From the NCBI GenBank assembly GCA_021792255.1, contig JAJYUZ010000003.1:64001-128000 (forward strand): 64,000 nt of DNA, given 5' to 3'. Below the pieces are notes generated by a model, which was not told the origin of the DNA, searched no databases, and worked only from the letters and a program-made list of their open reading frames with translations. Shown piece by piece: positions 28,818-39,518 of this stretch (the first letter of the stretch is position 1; every line of letters starts with the position of its first letter). The DNA comes from Thermoplasmata archaeon. Lineage in GTDB: Archaea > Thermoplasmatota > Thermoplasmata > Thermoplasmatales > GCA-001856825. The position numbers were made by a program, and so were the translations under genes.

Positions 28818-29215
28818 GAGAGTCTCAGATAATGTTCATTCAGTACATGACCGGATTACTCATCCTGGTATTCGGTTCGTTCCATTTTCTACTGATAAGC
28901 GCTCTTGCCCCTACCACAGATAAAGTTCTTTACAGCTACACCTACCTTAACGGCATCCGCACCCTTGCCGGAGGAACTCTGTACTATTCCACCGTGAAGG
29001 CCGTGTATACTTCACTGATGTGGGGATCCGTTTTCGAACTGCTCCTCACTTTTCTTGTATTCCATATATTCAACGGATTCAGAGTAATACTATCCGAACA
29101 GTTTCCCGGAAGCAAGGCTGAGAAGATCATCACCTATTCGGTGCTGATCGCTGCGATGATAGTTTTCATCTGGGGATCAAGGACGATTGTACTAATGTTG
29201 AATGGAGGTCTCTAA
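28814..29215 (+). CDS. sdhD: Succinate dehydrogenase membrane anchor subunit D
   Basis: 'QYMTG', 'FHF', 'FHIFNGFRVIL.E', 3 TM. Confidence 0.88.
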   Translation: MRESQIMFIQYMTGLLILVFGSFHFLLISALAPTTDKVLYSYTYLNGIRTLAGGTLYYSTVKAVYTSLMWGSVFELLLTFLVFHIFNGFRVILSEQFPGSKAEKIITYSVLIAAMIVFIWGSRTIVLMLNGGL

Positions 29216-29216
29216 T

Positions 29217-30020
29217 ATGCAGGAAATCGCACTGAAAGGATTTGGAGAGGTTGTCAAGACTGTCACGTTCAGAGTCAAGAGATACAGCCCCGAAAATGCG
29301 GATATGCCGAGGTACATGGAATACAAAGTCCCGGTCCAGAGGGGAATGACCATACTCGACGGAATACTCTACATCAAGGAACATCTGGACCACTCACTTT
29401 CGGCCCGTTACTCCTGCAGAATGGGAATCTGCGGATCGTGCGGCATGATCATAAACGGAAAGGAGAAACTTGCGTGCCAGACCCAGATACTCGAGCTCGG
29501 CAAGGATCTGATCAAGGTGGATCCTATGGGAAACTACGAAATTGTGAAGGATCTGGTCCCCGATCTCTCGAAACTCTTCAGAAACCATCAAAAGGTAAAA
29601 CCATACGTGCTGAGGGAGGAGGAATCTCCAACCAGTGAATACCTTCAAACTCCAGAACAGCGGGAAGAATATGCGATGTTTACCGATTGCATTCTCTGTG
29701 GAATGTGCCTGTCGGCATGCCCTACGAACGCAGCCGACGAGCTCTACCTCGGTCCGCAAGCTCTCGCTCAGGGATTCAGGTACATCTCAGACAACAGAGA
29801 CCTGGGATTCGAGGAGAGGTTGAACGTTCTGGATTCAAAACACGGCGTCTGGAGATGCCACTTTTCTGGAGCCTGTTCAGAGGTATGCCCCAAGGGAGTA
29901 GACCCAGCACTGGGCATTCAACTGCTGCGGCAACTCCTGACTGAAAACATATTCGTCAAACATAAACAGAAGGGTACGACAAGAGGTCCGGAGAGAAAGT
30001 CGGCATCGGGAGTTTCCTGA
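29217..30020 (+). CDS. sdhB: Succinate dehydrogenase iron-sulfur subunit (second)
   Basis: 'SCRMGICGSCGM...LAC', 'CILCGMCLSACP', 'CHFSGACSEVCP'. Confidence 0.95.
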   Translation: MQEIALKGFGEVVKTVTFRVKRYSPENADMPRYMEYKVPVQRGMTILDGILYIKEHLDHSLSARYSCRMGICGSCGMIINGKEKLACQTQILELGKDLIKVDPMGNYEIVKDLVPDLSKLFRNHQKVKPYVLREEESPTSEYLQTPEQREEYAMFTDCILCGMCLSACPTNAADELYLGPQALAQGFRYISDNRDLGFEERLNVLDSKHGVWRCHFSGACSEVCPKGVDPALGIQLLRQLLTENIFVKHKQKGTTRGPERKSASGVS

Positions 30021-30051
30021 TGTTTCGTAAGCGCGATGCAATTCTAAAAAA

Positions 30052-30060
30052 TTATAAATT
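30052..30060 (+). promoter_or_regulatory. Putative TATA box of the nuo operon (near-leaderless)
   Basis: TTATAAATT preceded by an A-run, about 25 bp upstream of the nuoA ATG. Confidence 0.55.
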
Positions 30061-30081
30061 TGATGATTCGCTTGAGGATAG

Positions 30082-30453
30082 ATGAGCATGACCCCTGAGT
30101 TGGCTGCCCTTGCTCTGGCAGTCATTATTGTACCTATAATCATTGCGATACTGCTCGGAACTGCGCACCACTTTTCTCCAAAGTCTTACGGAAAATATAC
30201 TCACGACAATTACGAGTGCGGTGAAGTAGCTTTGGGTGACTTCCAGTCGCCTTTGCCTCTGCAGTATTTCTTCTTCATGATGGCTTTCGTCGTTTTCGAC
30301 GTTGACTTCATTCTTCTTCTTCCCTGGGCAGGATACGTCAAGGCGCTTGGGACTGGAGTCTTCCTCGATGTGGTTCTGTTTATCGCCATAATGCTTGGTG
30401 GACTGTTCTACGCATCGAAGAAAGGATACATGAGGTGGTCGAGTGTCGGATAA
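30082..30453 (+). CDS. nuoA: Complex I-like subunit A
   Basis: 'YECGE', 'FVVFDVD...LLPWA', 3 TM. Confidence 0.93.
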   Translation: MSMTPELAALALAVIIVPIIIAILLGTAHHFSPKSYGKYTHDNYECGEVALGDFQSPLPLQYFFFMMAFVVFDVDFILLLPWAGYVKALGTGVFLDVVLFIAIMLGGLFYASKKGYMRWSSVG

Positions 30454-30901
30454 TATTCTGGTCACAACTCTGGATGAAGCACTCAAGTGGGGAACCGGAA
30501 AATCGCTGTGGCCTTTTACGTTCGGACTTGCCTGCTGTGCTATAGAAATGATGAGTGCAATGGGTTCGGATTATGACTGGGCGAGATTTGGTTCTGACGT
30601 TTTCAGGGATTCACCAAGGCACTCAGACCTCATGATCGTTTCAGGAACCGTCACCAAAAAAATGGCTCCAAGAATCCGGAGACTTTATGATCAAATGGCC
30701 TTTCCAAAGTTCGTTATCTCTATGGGAGCTTGCGCTTCCGCAGGTGGCCCCTACGTCAGAGGATATTCTGTTGTGGATGGAGTAGATCAGGTCGTGCCGG
30801 TCGATGTGTACGTGTTCGGTTGCCCCCCGAGACCTGAAGCACTGATACAGGCCCTCAAGATGCTTCAGGACAGAATCGTTGCGGGGAAGGTGAAACATTG
30901 A
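30443..30901 (+). CDS. nuoB: Complex I-like subunit B
   Basis: 'GLACCAIEM', 'SMGACA', 'GCPPRPEA'. Confidence 0.96.
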   Translation: MSDNILVTTLDEALKWGTGKSLWPFTFGLACCAIEMMSAMGSDYDWARFGSDVFRDSPRHSDLMIVSGTVTKKMAPRIRRLYDQMAFPKFVISMGACASAGGPYVRGYSVVDGVDQVVPVDVYVFGCPPRPEALIQALKMLQDRIVAGKVKH

Positions 30902-31353
30902 TACAAATCGAAAGCGAATCCTCGACCAAGAACGGGACAAGGATCGTTTACGTTTCAAAGGACAACGTTTTACCCTTCTTGAAGGAGAAAAAGGAGGAAG
31001 GTTTCGATACCCTCCTGATGGTATCCGGGGTCGATTATAAGGATCATCTAGAGGTGATCTATCACCTCCTCTCTTCAACAAACAACTCCAGACTGATAGT
31101 CAAGGCAAAGACGGACGATGAGGTCGAGTCCGTTACCTCTCTCTGGAAGGGAGCAAACTGGCACGAGAGAGAAACCTGGGACCTAGTGGGAATCAAGTTC
31201 AAGAATCATCCCAACCTGACAAGAATACTTCTCGCAGAGGGATGGGTCGGTCACCCTTTGAGGAAGAATTATCCTATGGAGAAGAAGCAGTTCGTCAACC
31301 TGGCAGAAGACGGTGAAGACAGAGTCTCTTTTGAAAATACGGAGGGGTACTGA
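30898..31353 (+). CDS. nuoC: Complex I-like subunit C
   Basis: '[13 protein letters not shown]...HPNL.RILL...GHPLRK'. Confidence 0.94.
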   Translation: MIQIESESSTKNGTRIVYVSKDNVLPFLKEKKEEGFDTLLMVSGVDYKDHLEVIYHLLSSTNNSRLIVKAKTDDEVESVTSLWKGANWHERETWDLVGIKFKNHPNLTRILLAEGWVGHPLRKNYPMEKKQFVNLAEDGEDRVSFENTEGY

Positions 31354-31354
31354 A

Positions 31355-32461
31355 ATGGAAGACAAGATTATCGAAGTGAACTTTGGGCCCCAGCATCCTT
31401 CCACACATGGTGTACTTAGAATCAAGGTGAAACTGGACGGCGAAATAATAGTAGAAGCTCAGCCAATTATAGGATACCTTCACAGAAATGCAGAGAAGCT
31501 TGCAGAAATGGGAGCATATCCGAAAGGGATGGTCTATATCGACAGACTGGACTACGTAGCTGCCCTCAATATGGAACTTGGTCACGTATTGTCCATAGAG
31601 AACCTGATGGACGTCCAGGTACCAGAGAGAGCACTCTGGATCAGGATTCTCATGGTAGAACTGAACAGGATTGCCTCGCACCTCATATGGCTCGGAACTC
31701 ACGGGTTGGACATGGGAATGCTCACCCCTTTCTTCTACTGTTTCAGGGAGAGGGAGAGAATACTGAGAATCTTCGACGAGATAACGGGTAGCAGACTCCT
31801 CTACAACTACTTTGCAATAGGGGGGGTTTACTCCGATGTCACCCCAAAATCTATCGAAATGATCAAGGAATGGACTGAAGATTTCGTCGATAAGTTGGAA
31901 GAAATACAGGCGATCCTCGGCAAGAGCTACATTTACGTCAGCAGGACGAGAGGGGTAGGAAAATTATCTCCCGAGGATGTGCTGTCGTACGGAGTCACTG
32001 GCCCGATGCAGAGGGCCTCTGGCATAAAGAGAGACCTCAGAAAGGATTCTCCTTACTTATTCTATGAAAAGATAAATTTTGAAATTCCCACCAGAACCGA
32101 GGGAGACGTGTACGCGAGATTCCTCGTCAGAGTGGAAGAGATGAGACAGAGCGCGAGAATAGTGAAACAAGTGCTCGAGAAGTTACCCCAAGGGGATTTC
32201 TACAACAAGAAGTATTCTAAACCGATGCTCGTGAGGCTCAAAGCAACTGGTGAGTCATACGTTCCGACGGAGTCTCCAAAAGGAGAGTTCGGCATCTACC
32301 TAATCGGCGACGGCTCCTCCATCCCGTACAGAGTAAGGATTAGGAGTCCGAGCTTTGCAAACCTTTCCTCAATACCCACGATGCTCAAGGGATACAAGAT
32401 AGCGGACCTTACGGCAGCCGTCAGTTCGGCAGATCCGGTGTTCGGTGAGGTGGATAGATGA
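31355..32461 (+). CDS. nuoD: Complex I-like subunit D
   Basis: 'GPQHPSTHGVLR', 'DRLDY', ends 'GEVDR'. No NiFe CxxC motifs. Confidence 0.96.
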   Translation: MEDKIIEVNFGPQHPSTHGVLRIKVKLDGEIIVEAQPIIGYLHRNAEKLAEMGAYPKGMVYIDRLDYVAALNMELGHVLSIENLMDVQVPERALWIRILMVELNRIASHLIWLGTHGLDMGMLTPFFYCFRERERILRIFDEITGSRLLYNYFAIGGVYSDVTPKSIEMIKEWTEDFVDKLEEIQAILGKSYIYVSRTRGVGKLSPEDVLSYGVTGPMQRASGIKRDLRKDSPYLFYEKINFEIPTRTEGDVYARFLVRVEEMRQSARIVKQVLEKLPQGDFYNKKYSKPMLVRLKATGESYVPTESPKGEFGIYLIGDGSSIPYRVRIRSPSFANLSSIPTMLKGYKIADLTAAVSSADPVFGEVDR

Positions 32462-33537
32462 ACCTATTCTTCTTCCTGATGAGTATCCTGTATGGAATAG
32501 TGAAGTTCCTTCACATCAATTTTATTCCCTTCACTTATCAGGGAGTGCCCGTAGGAATCTGGATTGCTTATTTCATCGTAGCTACGATCGAAGTGGTTCT
32601 CGTATTCGCGTTCGCAATGCTGGCAGTAATCGTGATCATCTATGTCTTCAGAAAATACATGGCCGACGCGCAGAACAGAATAGGCCCGAACAGGGTTGGG
32701 CCCTGGGGTACGCTACAACTGATAGCAGATGTGTTCAAACTCATCCAGAAGCAGGATATAATTCCAACCGCCGCGGACAGAACTGCGTTCTTGGTCGCAC
32801 CATATCTTGTGTTCACTCCTGTCGTTCTTGGTTTCATCCTCATCCCGTTCGGCAGTGTTTCGATACTGAATCTGATGGTCGTGAATTTCAACTATACTAT
32901 TCTCTTTTTGATCGCTTTTATGACGATTGCACCGGTCGGTGAGATAATCGGAGGGCTTGCGTCTCACAACAAATTCTCCCTGTACGGTGCACTGAGATCG
33001 GCAGCACAGGACGTCGGTTTTGAAGTTCCAATGCTGATATCGCTCATTTCCGTCATAGTGCTCGCAGGAAGCTATAATGCAAACGACATAGTGACTGCGC
33101 AGAGAATAGTTCCATTTATCGTTCCGGAGATCCTGGGATTCATCGTTTTCTTCTTGGCAATGATAGGAAGACAGTCGATCCCCCCGTTCGACCTACCAGA
33201 AAGCGGAAGCGAACTGGTGAGTGGATTTTCGACGGAGTACAGCGGGATGAGGTACGGAATATTCTACATGGCAAATTTTGGCTTCATGGCGCTGGCTTCC
33301 TTTGTGGTAGCCGTTATCTACCTAGGAGGGTGGGAGGGACCCATATTTCCCGGAACCATCTGGCTTGTAATCAAGGGAGCAGTTTTCATTTTCATATTCC
33401 TATTGACGTGGATATCTCTGGGTAGAGTGAGGATAGATCACCTGCTCAATATCGGGTGGAAGTATCTTCTTCCGCTTAGCATAATCAACCTGCTGATAAG
33501 TGCGGGCATTGCGCTATACTTTGGAGGTGTATTTTAA
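32458..33537 (+). CDS. nuoH: Complex I-like subunit H
   Basis: 'QNRIGPNRVGP.G.LQ.IAD..K', 'PFDLPE...ELVSGF.TEYSG'. Confidence 0.95.
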   Translation: MNLFFFLMSILYGIVKFLHINFIPFTYQGVPVGIWIAYFIVATIEVVLVFAFAMLAVIVIIYVFRKYMADAQNRIGPNRVGPWGTLQLIADVFKLIQKQDIIPTAADRTAFLVAPYLVFTPVVLGFILIPFGSVSILNLMVVNFNYTILFLIAFMTIAPVGEIIGGLASHNKFSLYGALRSAAQDVGFEVPMLISLISVIVLAGSYNANDIVTAQRIVPFIVPEILGFIVFFLAMIGRQSIPPFDLPESGSELVSGFSTEYSGMRYGIFYMANFGFMALASFVVAVIYLGGWEGPIFPGTIWLVIKGAVFIFIFLLTWISLGRVRIDHLLNIGWKYLLPLSIINLLISAGIALYFGGVF

Positions 33538-34011
33538 GTGTCAGATGCAGAAAAAATCCCAGGACCCATACAAGGAATTGCTGGGATTGTGAAGGGCATC
33601 TGGACCGTGTTCATGGAAGGCTTCAAACCGAAGGTGACGAGGCAGGTCCCGGAAGAGAAGTTGGAATATCCGGCCAGGACGACGGGGAGAGTTTTCCTGA
33701 ACGTTGAGAGCTGCATAGGCTGTACTCTCTGTGAGCAGATTTGCCCCAACGGTACAATCAGGATGGTGGATTTCCATCACGACAAGAAACAGGAATTCGA
33801 AAAGAAATATCCCAACAGGCGGGAGATCTATCCGAGCGTGGACGTGTCTACTTGCATCCACTGCAACCTGTGCGAAGAGATATGCCCTACTGGAGCAATA
33901 ACTCTCGAGGCAGATGTGGAAGAGGTTCACTTCAAGAGAAAAAATACTAGGTACACGCCCGAACAACTTCAAAAGAAAGAAGTTGAGCTATGGGGGGAGG
34001 AGAGGGAGTGA
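33538..34011 (+). CDS. nuoI: Complex I-like subunit I
   Basis: Two CxxCxxCxxxCP motifs. Confidence 0.93.
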   Translation: MSDAEKIPGPIQGIAGIVKGIWTVFMEGFKPKVTRQVPEEKLEYPARTTGRVFLNVESCIGCTLCEQICPNGTIRMVDFHHDKKQEFEKKYPNRREIYPSVDVSTCIHCNLCEEICPTGAITLEADVEEVHFKRKNTRYTPEQLQKKEVELWGEERE

Positions 34012-34250
34012 TCGTCTTTTACATTCTTTCAATTTTGGCTATTGCTGCAGCAATGTTAGCTGCCTCCAGCAAGAATCTCCTTCACTCGACCCTGTGGTTG
34101 ACCTTCCTCGTGGTCGATGTAGCAGGCATATTCTTCTATCTCGAGAACTACTTTATTTCTGCAATTCAAGTGCTGGTCTACGCAGGTGCGATTATAACCC
34201 TGATTCTAACGTCTGTAATGCTCTCAAGGAGGTATCAAGATGAGGAGTAA
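34008..34250 (+). CDS. nuoJ: Complex I-like subunit J, N-terminal half (split NuoJ)
   Basis: 'NLLHS.L.L', 'IQVLVYAGAI'. GTG start after GGAGG. Confidence 0.88.
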   Translation: MIVFYILSILAIAAAMLAASSKNLLHSTLWLTFLVVDVAGIFFYLENYFISAIQVLVYAGAIITLILTSVMLSRRYQDEE

Positions 34251-34479
34251 GTTTGCTGTCGTGCTTTCGATCCTGCTCTTCCTTATCATGATAACGTTCA
34301 TACAGTTCGGCTCATTCCCGAACGGAACCATTCCCGTTAACACCGGAACTCCTGGAAGTCCCGGAATAACCCAGTCGCTGTTCACCATCTACCTGCTTCC
34401 ATTCGAGATCGTCACTTTCCTTCTGGTAGCGGCCATGCTTGGTGCGATGTATCTGGGTGAGAGGGGTGAGAACAGATGA
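34240..34479 (+). CDS. nuoJ: Complex I-like subunit J, C-terminal half (split NuoJ)
   Basis: 'LFTIYLLPFEI...LLVAAMLGA'. Own GGAGGT SD. Confidence 0.88.
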   Translation: MRSKFAVVLSILLFLIMITFIQFGSFPNGTIPVNTGTPGSPGITQSLFTIYLLPFEIVTFLLVAAMLGAMYLGERGENR

Positions 34480-34805
34480 ATCTTTCGAGCTTAATCTCCG
34501 CTCCCATGAACATAGGAGTCGTCGAATTTCTATCGATAGCAATACTTGCCATCGGCATCTATTCATTCCTGAGCTCGAGGACTGTCGTCAAGGCCCTTAT
34601 CTCCGTCGAGATCATGGTGAACGCCGGACTGATCAACCTGATCGGCGCTTCTAGCTACTACGGTAACGCAGCCGGTGCAGACATGACCCTGTTCGTTCTC
34701 GTAATCGCCGCAGCAGAAACCGTCGTCGCAATGGCACTGTTTGTCGCCGTCTTCCGTAAAAAGGGATCGGCCGGACTAGACGTCCTTAAACTCTTGAGGT
34801 GGTAA
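34476..34805 (+). CDS. nuoK: Complex I-like subunit K
   Basis: 'SVEIMVNA', 'IAAAETVV', ends 'LLRW'. Confidence 0.93.
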   Translation: MNLSSLISAPMNIGVVEFLSIAILAIGIYSFLSSRTVVKALISVEIMVNAGLINLIGASSYYGNAAGADMTLFVLVIAAAETVVAMALFVAVFRKKGSAGLDVLKLLRW

Positions 34806-34807
34806 AA

Positions 34808-36658
34808 ATGGATCTATCTGTTCTTCTGACCTTTCTGATCTTTGGACTTCCTTTGATCGGTTTTCCGTTCGTGATAGGCATTGGGTATATCAAGAAAAAT
34901 TACTCAATGTATCTCGGGACTTCTCTCATTTTCCTTTCTTTCCTGATCTCCGTCTACGTTTTCTTCACATATACCGTTAAGGGAATTGCGATACTGTACA
35001 ACTTCAACTGGCTTCCCTCCCTCCCGGCCGTAATACCTGTAGGAGTCTATGCGGACAATCTGTCGATGATAATGGCCCTGATGGTATCGTTCGTCGGCTT
35101 CCTGATCATCTTGTTCTCAGTGGGTTACATGAAAGAGGATCCCAACAGGCACGTTTTCTTCGGTGAAATGGTCCTCTTCACTTCGTCGATGCTCGGACTG
35201 GTCCTGGCTTCTTCTCTCATTATGCTGTTCATATTCTGGGAGCTCGTTGGTCTCTGTTCTTACCTGTTGATAGGCTTCTGGTACTACAAGCCGAATGCTG
35301 CTTCCGCCGCAAAAAAGGCGTTCATCGTCACGAGAGTAGGAGACGTGTTCTTTATAGCAGGAATAGGCGCCGCTATCCTCTATTCTTCGGGCGGAGCTCT
35401 CTCCGTCGCGGGGTTGAGCTCGATCCATCTGGTTTGGCAGAAGACGATAGTCTCTCTTCTATTATTCGGAGGAGCCATAGGCAAGAGCGCTCAGTTCCCG
35501 TTGCACGTCTGGATCCCGGATGCCATGGAAGGGCCCACGACAGTTTCGGCCCTCATCCACGCTGCGACCATGGTCACCGCTGGAGTGTACCTGATAGCTA
35601 GGACTTACAGCCTCTTCACTCCAACCTCGCTGACCGTGGTGCTTTACGTGGGTGCATTCACCATCATTCTGTCCGGTTTGATTGGCATAGTGGTGAACGA
35701 TATCAAGCGTATACTCGCATACTCGACTATCAGCCAGATAGGATACATGGTCGCTGCACTTGGACTCGGGTTGGGTGCTACCAGCATTGGTCTCTCGATA
35801 TACCAGCTGGAGGCTCACGCCTTCTTCAAAGCGCTTCTCTTCCTCTCAGCGGGTTCAATTCTACACGCAATTCTGAACGTCAGGGATATCAACAAGATGG
35901 GTGGACTGTGGAAGAAGATGCCAATAACAGTCACTTCGATGTTCATCGGTGCTCTCGCACTCTCTGGATTTCCTCTCACCGCGGGTTTCTTCAGCAAGGA
36001 CGTCATAATCTCCACGAGCTATGGTGTTTCTATACTCGCGTGGATACTGCTTGCAATCGGCGGCTTCCTGACCGCACTCTACTCTTTCAGAATGTTTTTC
36101 AGGGTCGCTCTTGGAAAGCCAAGGAGCAACCCCGCGGAGCACGCACACGAATCGAGTACGATCATGCTCATCCCCATCCTGATACTCGCCGTGTTCAGTC
36201 TGATATTTGGAGTATTCCAGGGAGGGTTTTACACGTTCCTTGGAGGCAGCCCCGTATCCTTGTCGACCATGGACATCGTCCCGGTCGTCTTGATGCTAGG
36301 AGGTATGGGATTAGCCTACTTCGCGTGGGGAAGGAATTCCACCATCCCAGAAAAAGTTGCCAACGGAGCAAGGGATTTCTACCTCTTGGTTAAGAACAAA
36401 TTCTTTATCGACGCTTTCTTCACGAACGTCATTGCGGAACGAGGAATTCTTGGTCTTTCGGCGGTTTCTGATGGCTTTGAAAGGAAGGCAATAGAGGGTC
36501 TCGTTGATGCCTCGGGAAAACTCTTCCAGAATTCTGGTAAGGTCTTGCGGAAGTTCCAGACCGGGCTCGCGAGACAGTACGCTCTCATTATCCTGATCGG
36601 ACTGATCCTGGCACTAGTACTCCTGAGAATATTCATCTTGACGGGGGTGATACATTGA
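34808..36658 (+). CDS. nuoL: Complex I-like subunit L
   Basis: 'WELVGLCSYLLIGFW', 'GKSAQFPLHVWIPDAMEGPT', 'HAFFKALLF'. Confidence 0.96.
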   Translation: MDLSVLLTFLIFGLPLIGFPFVIGIGYIKKNYSMYLGTSLIFLSFLISVYVFFTYTVKGIAILYNFNWLPSLPAVIPVGVYADNLSMIMALMVSFVGFLIILFSVGYMKEDPNRHVFFGEMVLFTSSMLGLVLASSLIMLFIFWELVGLCSYLLIGFWYYKPNAASAAKKAFIVTRVGDVFFIAGIGAAILYSSGGALSVAGLSSIHLVWQKTIVSLLLFGGAIGKSAQFPLHVWIPDAMEGPTTVSALIHAATMVTAGVYLIARTYSLFTPTSLTVVLYVGAFTIILSGLIGIVVNDIKRILAYSTISQIGYMVAALGLGLGATSIGLSIYQLEAHAFFKALLFLSAGSILHAILNVRDINKMGGLWKKMPITVTSMFIGALALSGFPLTAGFFSKDVIISTSYGVSILAWILLAIGGFLTALYSFRMFFRVALGKPRSNPAEHAHESSTIMLIPILILAVFSLIFGVFQGGFYTFLGGSPVSLSTMDIVPVVLMLGGMGLAYFAWGRNSTIPEKVANGARDFYLLVKNKFFIDAFFTNVIAERGILGLSAVSDGFERKAIEGLVDASGKLFQNSGKVLRKFQTGLARQYALIILIGLILALVLLRIFILTGVIH

Positions 36659-38109
36659 TCTTCCAGCTTAGCTATCTCCTTCTGATCCTGGTCTTAGTTA
36701 TCCTGGCCTCGATAATCGCAAGGGGAAAGGTTCCAAGATACCTCACGATCCTGTTCTCCTCCATAGTTTTCTTCTTCGTGGTTCTAAACGACATGACCTT
36801 GACGAAGTTTGACTATGGAACCCTGTCAATTCTGTCACTCTCATTCCAGCTGAACTTTGTGAGTTCGGTATTACTCATACTCGTATCCTTCGTTGGGGTA
36901 TTCGTGGCGTTAAGGTACAGAAGTTCGCCTGGATTCTTCATACTACTCCAGTTTCTGTTCTTCTCCCTGATAGGTCTCTTCACCTCGAGAGACTTCATCG
37001 TCTTCTACATATTCTGGGAAATGGTCCTCATCCCCTCGTTCTTCGTCATAGGAATATGGGGAGGTAAGAACAAGAATTACGCAGCAATGAAGTTCTTCAT
37101 CTACACTCACGTCGGATCGGTTTTCATGCTTCTGGCAATATTCACGATGTTCTTTACGGAAGGTGCTTCCAACTTTTCTATGGTCACTCTGACATCCGGA
37201 TTCAGGCTCGTTCCCGCACCTTACCAGGCTTTCGTAATATTCGGCTTCCTATTCGCCTTCCTGATAAAACTCCCAACCGCTCCACTACACTCGTGGTTGC
37301 CTGATGCATACGTGGAAGCTCCCTCAGAGGGAACTGTGTTCATCTCTTCGCTCCTTTCGAAGATGGGTGCCTTTGGGTTGCTGGTCATATTCACCCCAAT
37401 TTTCCTGACATCTTCATTTTCTGGCAATTCCGCTGTTCCGATCGTGATCATTGCTCTCGGAATCTTCTCGTTGATTTACTCCGCTCTGGTCGCGCTATAC
37501 CAGAAGGACCTGAAGAGGATGATGAGCTACACCAGCATCGGTCACATGTCCTTCATCACTATAGCCGTCGGAGGGTTCCTCTATCTGAACGGGTCAAATC
37601 CACTAGCCTCTCAGCTTCTCTACTACGGTGCCGTGTTCCAGCTCATATCTCACGGAATCATAATAGCGATGATATTCGCCCTAGTCGATACGCTGGAAAA
37701 AGCCGCCGGGACTAGGCAGATACCCTCACTTGGTGGACTGGCAAGAAAACTGCCAGTTCTTTCGTTCCTCATCCTGGCTGCTTTCCTGGCTTCCGTCGCA
37801 ATTCCTGGGTTCTCAGGTTTTGTGGGGGAAATCTCCATTCTCCTAGGAGCCTACGCCGTCCTGAAGTACTACCTGATATTCGTGCTGATTGGAGTGGTGT
37901 TGACAGCATCCTATCACGTGTTCGCGCTTCAGAGGACTATTTTCGGACCCTATAACGAATTTCTCGGAAACATCAGCGCGAAGAGGGAAGAACTCATAGT
38001 GTCGATACTGCCACTGGCGTTGATCTTCATCCTCGGCATATACCCCGCGTTAATCTTCCACATATTCAACATTCAAGTGATCCAATTTTCTGGAGGGATT
38101 CATCCATGA
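36655..38109 (+). CDS. nuoM: Complex I-like subunit M
   Basis: 'FYIFWE', 'PLHSWLPDAYVEAP', 'KMGAFG', 'SHG', 'PGFSGFVGE'. Confidence 0.95.
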   Translation: MIFQLSYLLLILVLVILASIIARGKVPRYLTILFSSIVFFFVVLNDMTLTKFDYGTLSILSLSFQLNFVSSVLLILVSFVGVFVALRYRSSPGFFILLQFLFFSLIGLFTSRDFIVFYIFWEMVLIPSFFVIGIWGGKNKNYAAMKFFIYTHVGSVFMLLAIFTMFFTEGASNFSMVTLTSGFRLVPAPYQAFVIFGFLFAFLIKLPTAPLHSWLPDAYVEAPSEGTVFISSLLSKMGAFGLLVIFTPIFLTSSFSGNSAVPIVIIALGIFSLIYSALVALYQKDLKRMMSYTSIGHMSFITIAVGGFLYLNGSNPLASQLLYYGAVFQLISHGIIIAMIFALVDTLEKAAGTRQIPSLGGLARKLPVLSFLILAAFLASVAIPGFSGFVGEISILLGAYAVLKYYLIFVLIGVVLTASYHVFALQRTIFGPYNEFLGNISAKREELIVSILPLALIFILGIYPALIFHIFNIQVIQFSGGIHP

Positions 38110-39518
38110 CAATATTGGGAAACTACGACTACCTTTGGAACGTGTTCATCCTGTTTATAGGCGCATTCGTTGTCCTGTTTACTAGTCTCGTTACCGAGAA
38201 GAGAGCCGTGTTGGTGACTATGGGAGCTGCGTTTGCTGTCGTCTCACTGATGCTGACGTTCGCTCAGTATTACGGTGGCGTTCCGATCGGAGGCACCCTG
38301 ATCTTCTTGACGGGTTACTCGAAACTATTTTTCATAGCAATCCTGATCCCCGGACTCCTGTCACTAATCGGTATCCTCAGGTCTCCCTCGAGCGCAAAAC
38401 CGGGTCTGATGATATTCATCTTTCTCGTGTCACTGGGATTCATGCTCCTGGCCATTTCTTCCTTCAATCTGTTGTTCATATTCGTCGCATTCGAAGGCGT
38501 TTCCATTCCCACTTACGTGCTCGCTGCTTACGGAAAATCTGAGAGCGAGCTTGAGGCCGCAATCAAGTACTTCATCATAGGTGCGTTCTCCACGGGACTC
38601 ATCATCTTCGGTATATCCCTCTATTACATTGCTACCGGTACCCTGCAGCTCGGAGCCGTCCCTAACTTCCACAGCATCTACTTCCTCTCAATGGGTCTGC
38701 TGATATTCGGACTTGGATTCAAGCTCGCGATATTCCCCCTGCACGGATGGGCCATAGACACTTACACTGGTACCTCCAATTCCATCTCTTCGTACCTGAG
38801 CACCAGCTCAAAGATCATGACGCTCATAGTCTTGCTTAACGTCCTCTTCACTTCCCCCCTCTTCTTTAGCTACCTGAAGATTATCTTTGCAATCATCGCA
38901 ATTCTCACGATGACTTTCGGCAACGTGGTCGCGATATCCCAGAACAACGTAAAGAGGATGCTGGCTTATTCATCGATTGCACAGGCCGGTTACCTTTCCG
39001 TAGTGTTTCTGGTCGCCGGTACAGGCGCCATAAATCTGGCACTAATCAGCCTCTTCATGTACGCACTTGCTTATGGGTTCATGAAGGGAGGATCCTTCCT
39101 CGCCCTGGACAGCTTGGGCAACTACGATATCGAGAACTTTTCAGGAATGTGGAAGAGGAACCCCGCTTACGCGGTATCTTTCGCGATACTCCTGCTCTCT
39201 CTGGCCGGCTTCCCGGGTACCCTGGGTTTCATAGGAAAATACTTCCTGTTCCTCTCGGTTCTATCTACCAAAACGGCCCTGGCATTTCTGGTCGTGATCA
39301 TTTCTGTCATCAATTCGGTTGCTTCCTTTTACTACTATGGCAGGGTGATAATGTACATGTTCTGGAGGAAGGGCACAGAAGAAAAGGTTCCGAACAATTA
39401 CATTCTTTATGCTTCCGCACTGTTCACCGTTCTTTTGGGAGTCCTTTATTTCGTCGTGTTTTCGTACGCGCAGAGCATCCTTCCTGCGATAACGACATTC
39501 CTATCTGGAGGGCTATAG
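38106..39518 (+). CDS. nuoN: Complex I-like subunit N
   Basis: 'EAAIKYF', 'GFKLAIFPLHGW', 'KRMLAYSSIAQAG', 'LSLAGFP'. Confidence 0.95.
   Translation: MTILGNYDYLWNVFILFIGAFVVLFTSLVTEKRAVLVTMGAAFAVVSLMLTFAQYYGGVPIGGTLIFLTGYSKLFFIAILIPGLLSLIGILRSPSSAKPGLMIFIFLVSLGFMLLAISSFNLLFIFVAFEGVSIPTYVLAAYGKSESELEAAIKYFIIGAFSTGLIIFGISLYYIATGTLQLGAVPNFHSIYFLSMGLLIFGLGFKLAIFPLHGWAIDTYTGTSNSISSYLSTSSKIMTLIVLLNVLFTSPLFFSYLKIIFAIIAILTMTFGNVVAISQNNVKRMLAYSSIAQAGYLSVVFLVAGTGAINLALISLFMYALAYGFMKGGSFLALDSLGNYDIENFSGMWKRNPAYAVSFAILLLSLAGFPGTLGFIGKYFLFLSVLSTKTALAFLVVIISVINSVASFYYYGRVIMYMFWRKGTEEKVPNNYILYASALFTVLLGVLYFVVFSYAQSILPAITTFLSGGL

Noticed and set aside
31428-31437. TGAAACTGGA in nuoD (and TGAAACTGG at ~5947) as targets of the putative orphan guide
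   Set aside because: Only 9-10 nt matches, not preceded by TTAT, and compatible with chance.
30443-32461. Group 4 [NiFe] hydrogenase
   Set aside because: NuoD lacks both CxxC nickel motifs and NuoB has the tandem CC of complex I.
34008-34479. nuoJ frameshift pseudogene
   Set aside because: Both halves have their own SD and start codon, and split NuoJ is usual in archaeal operons.
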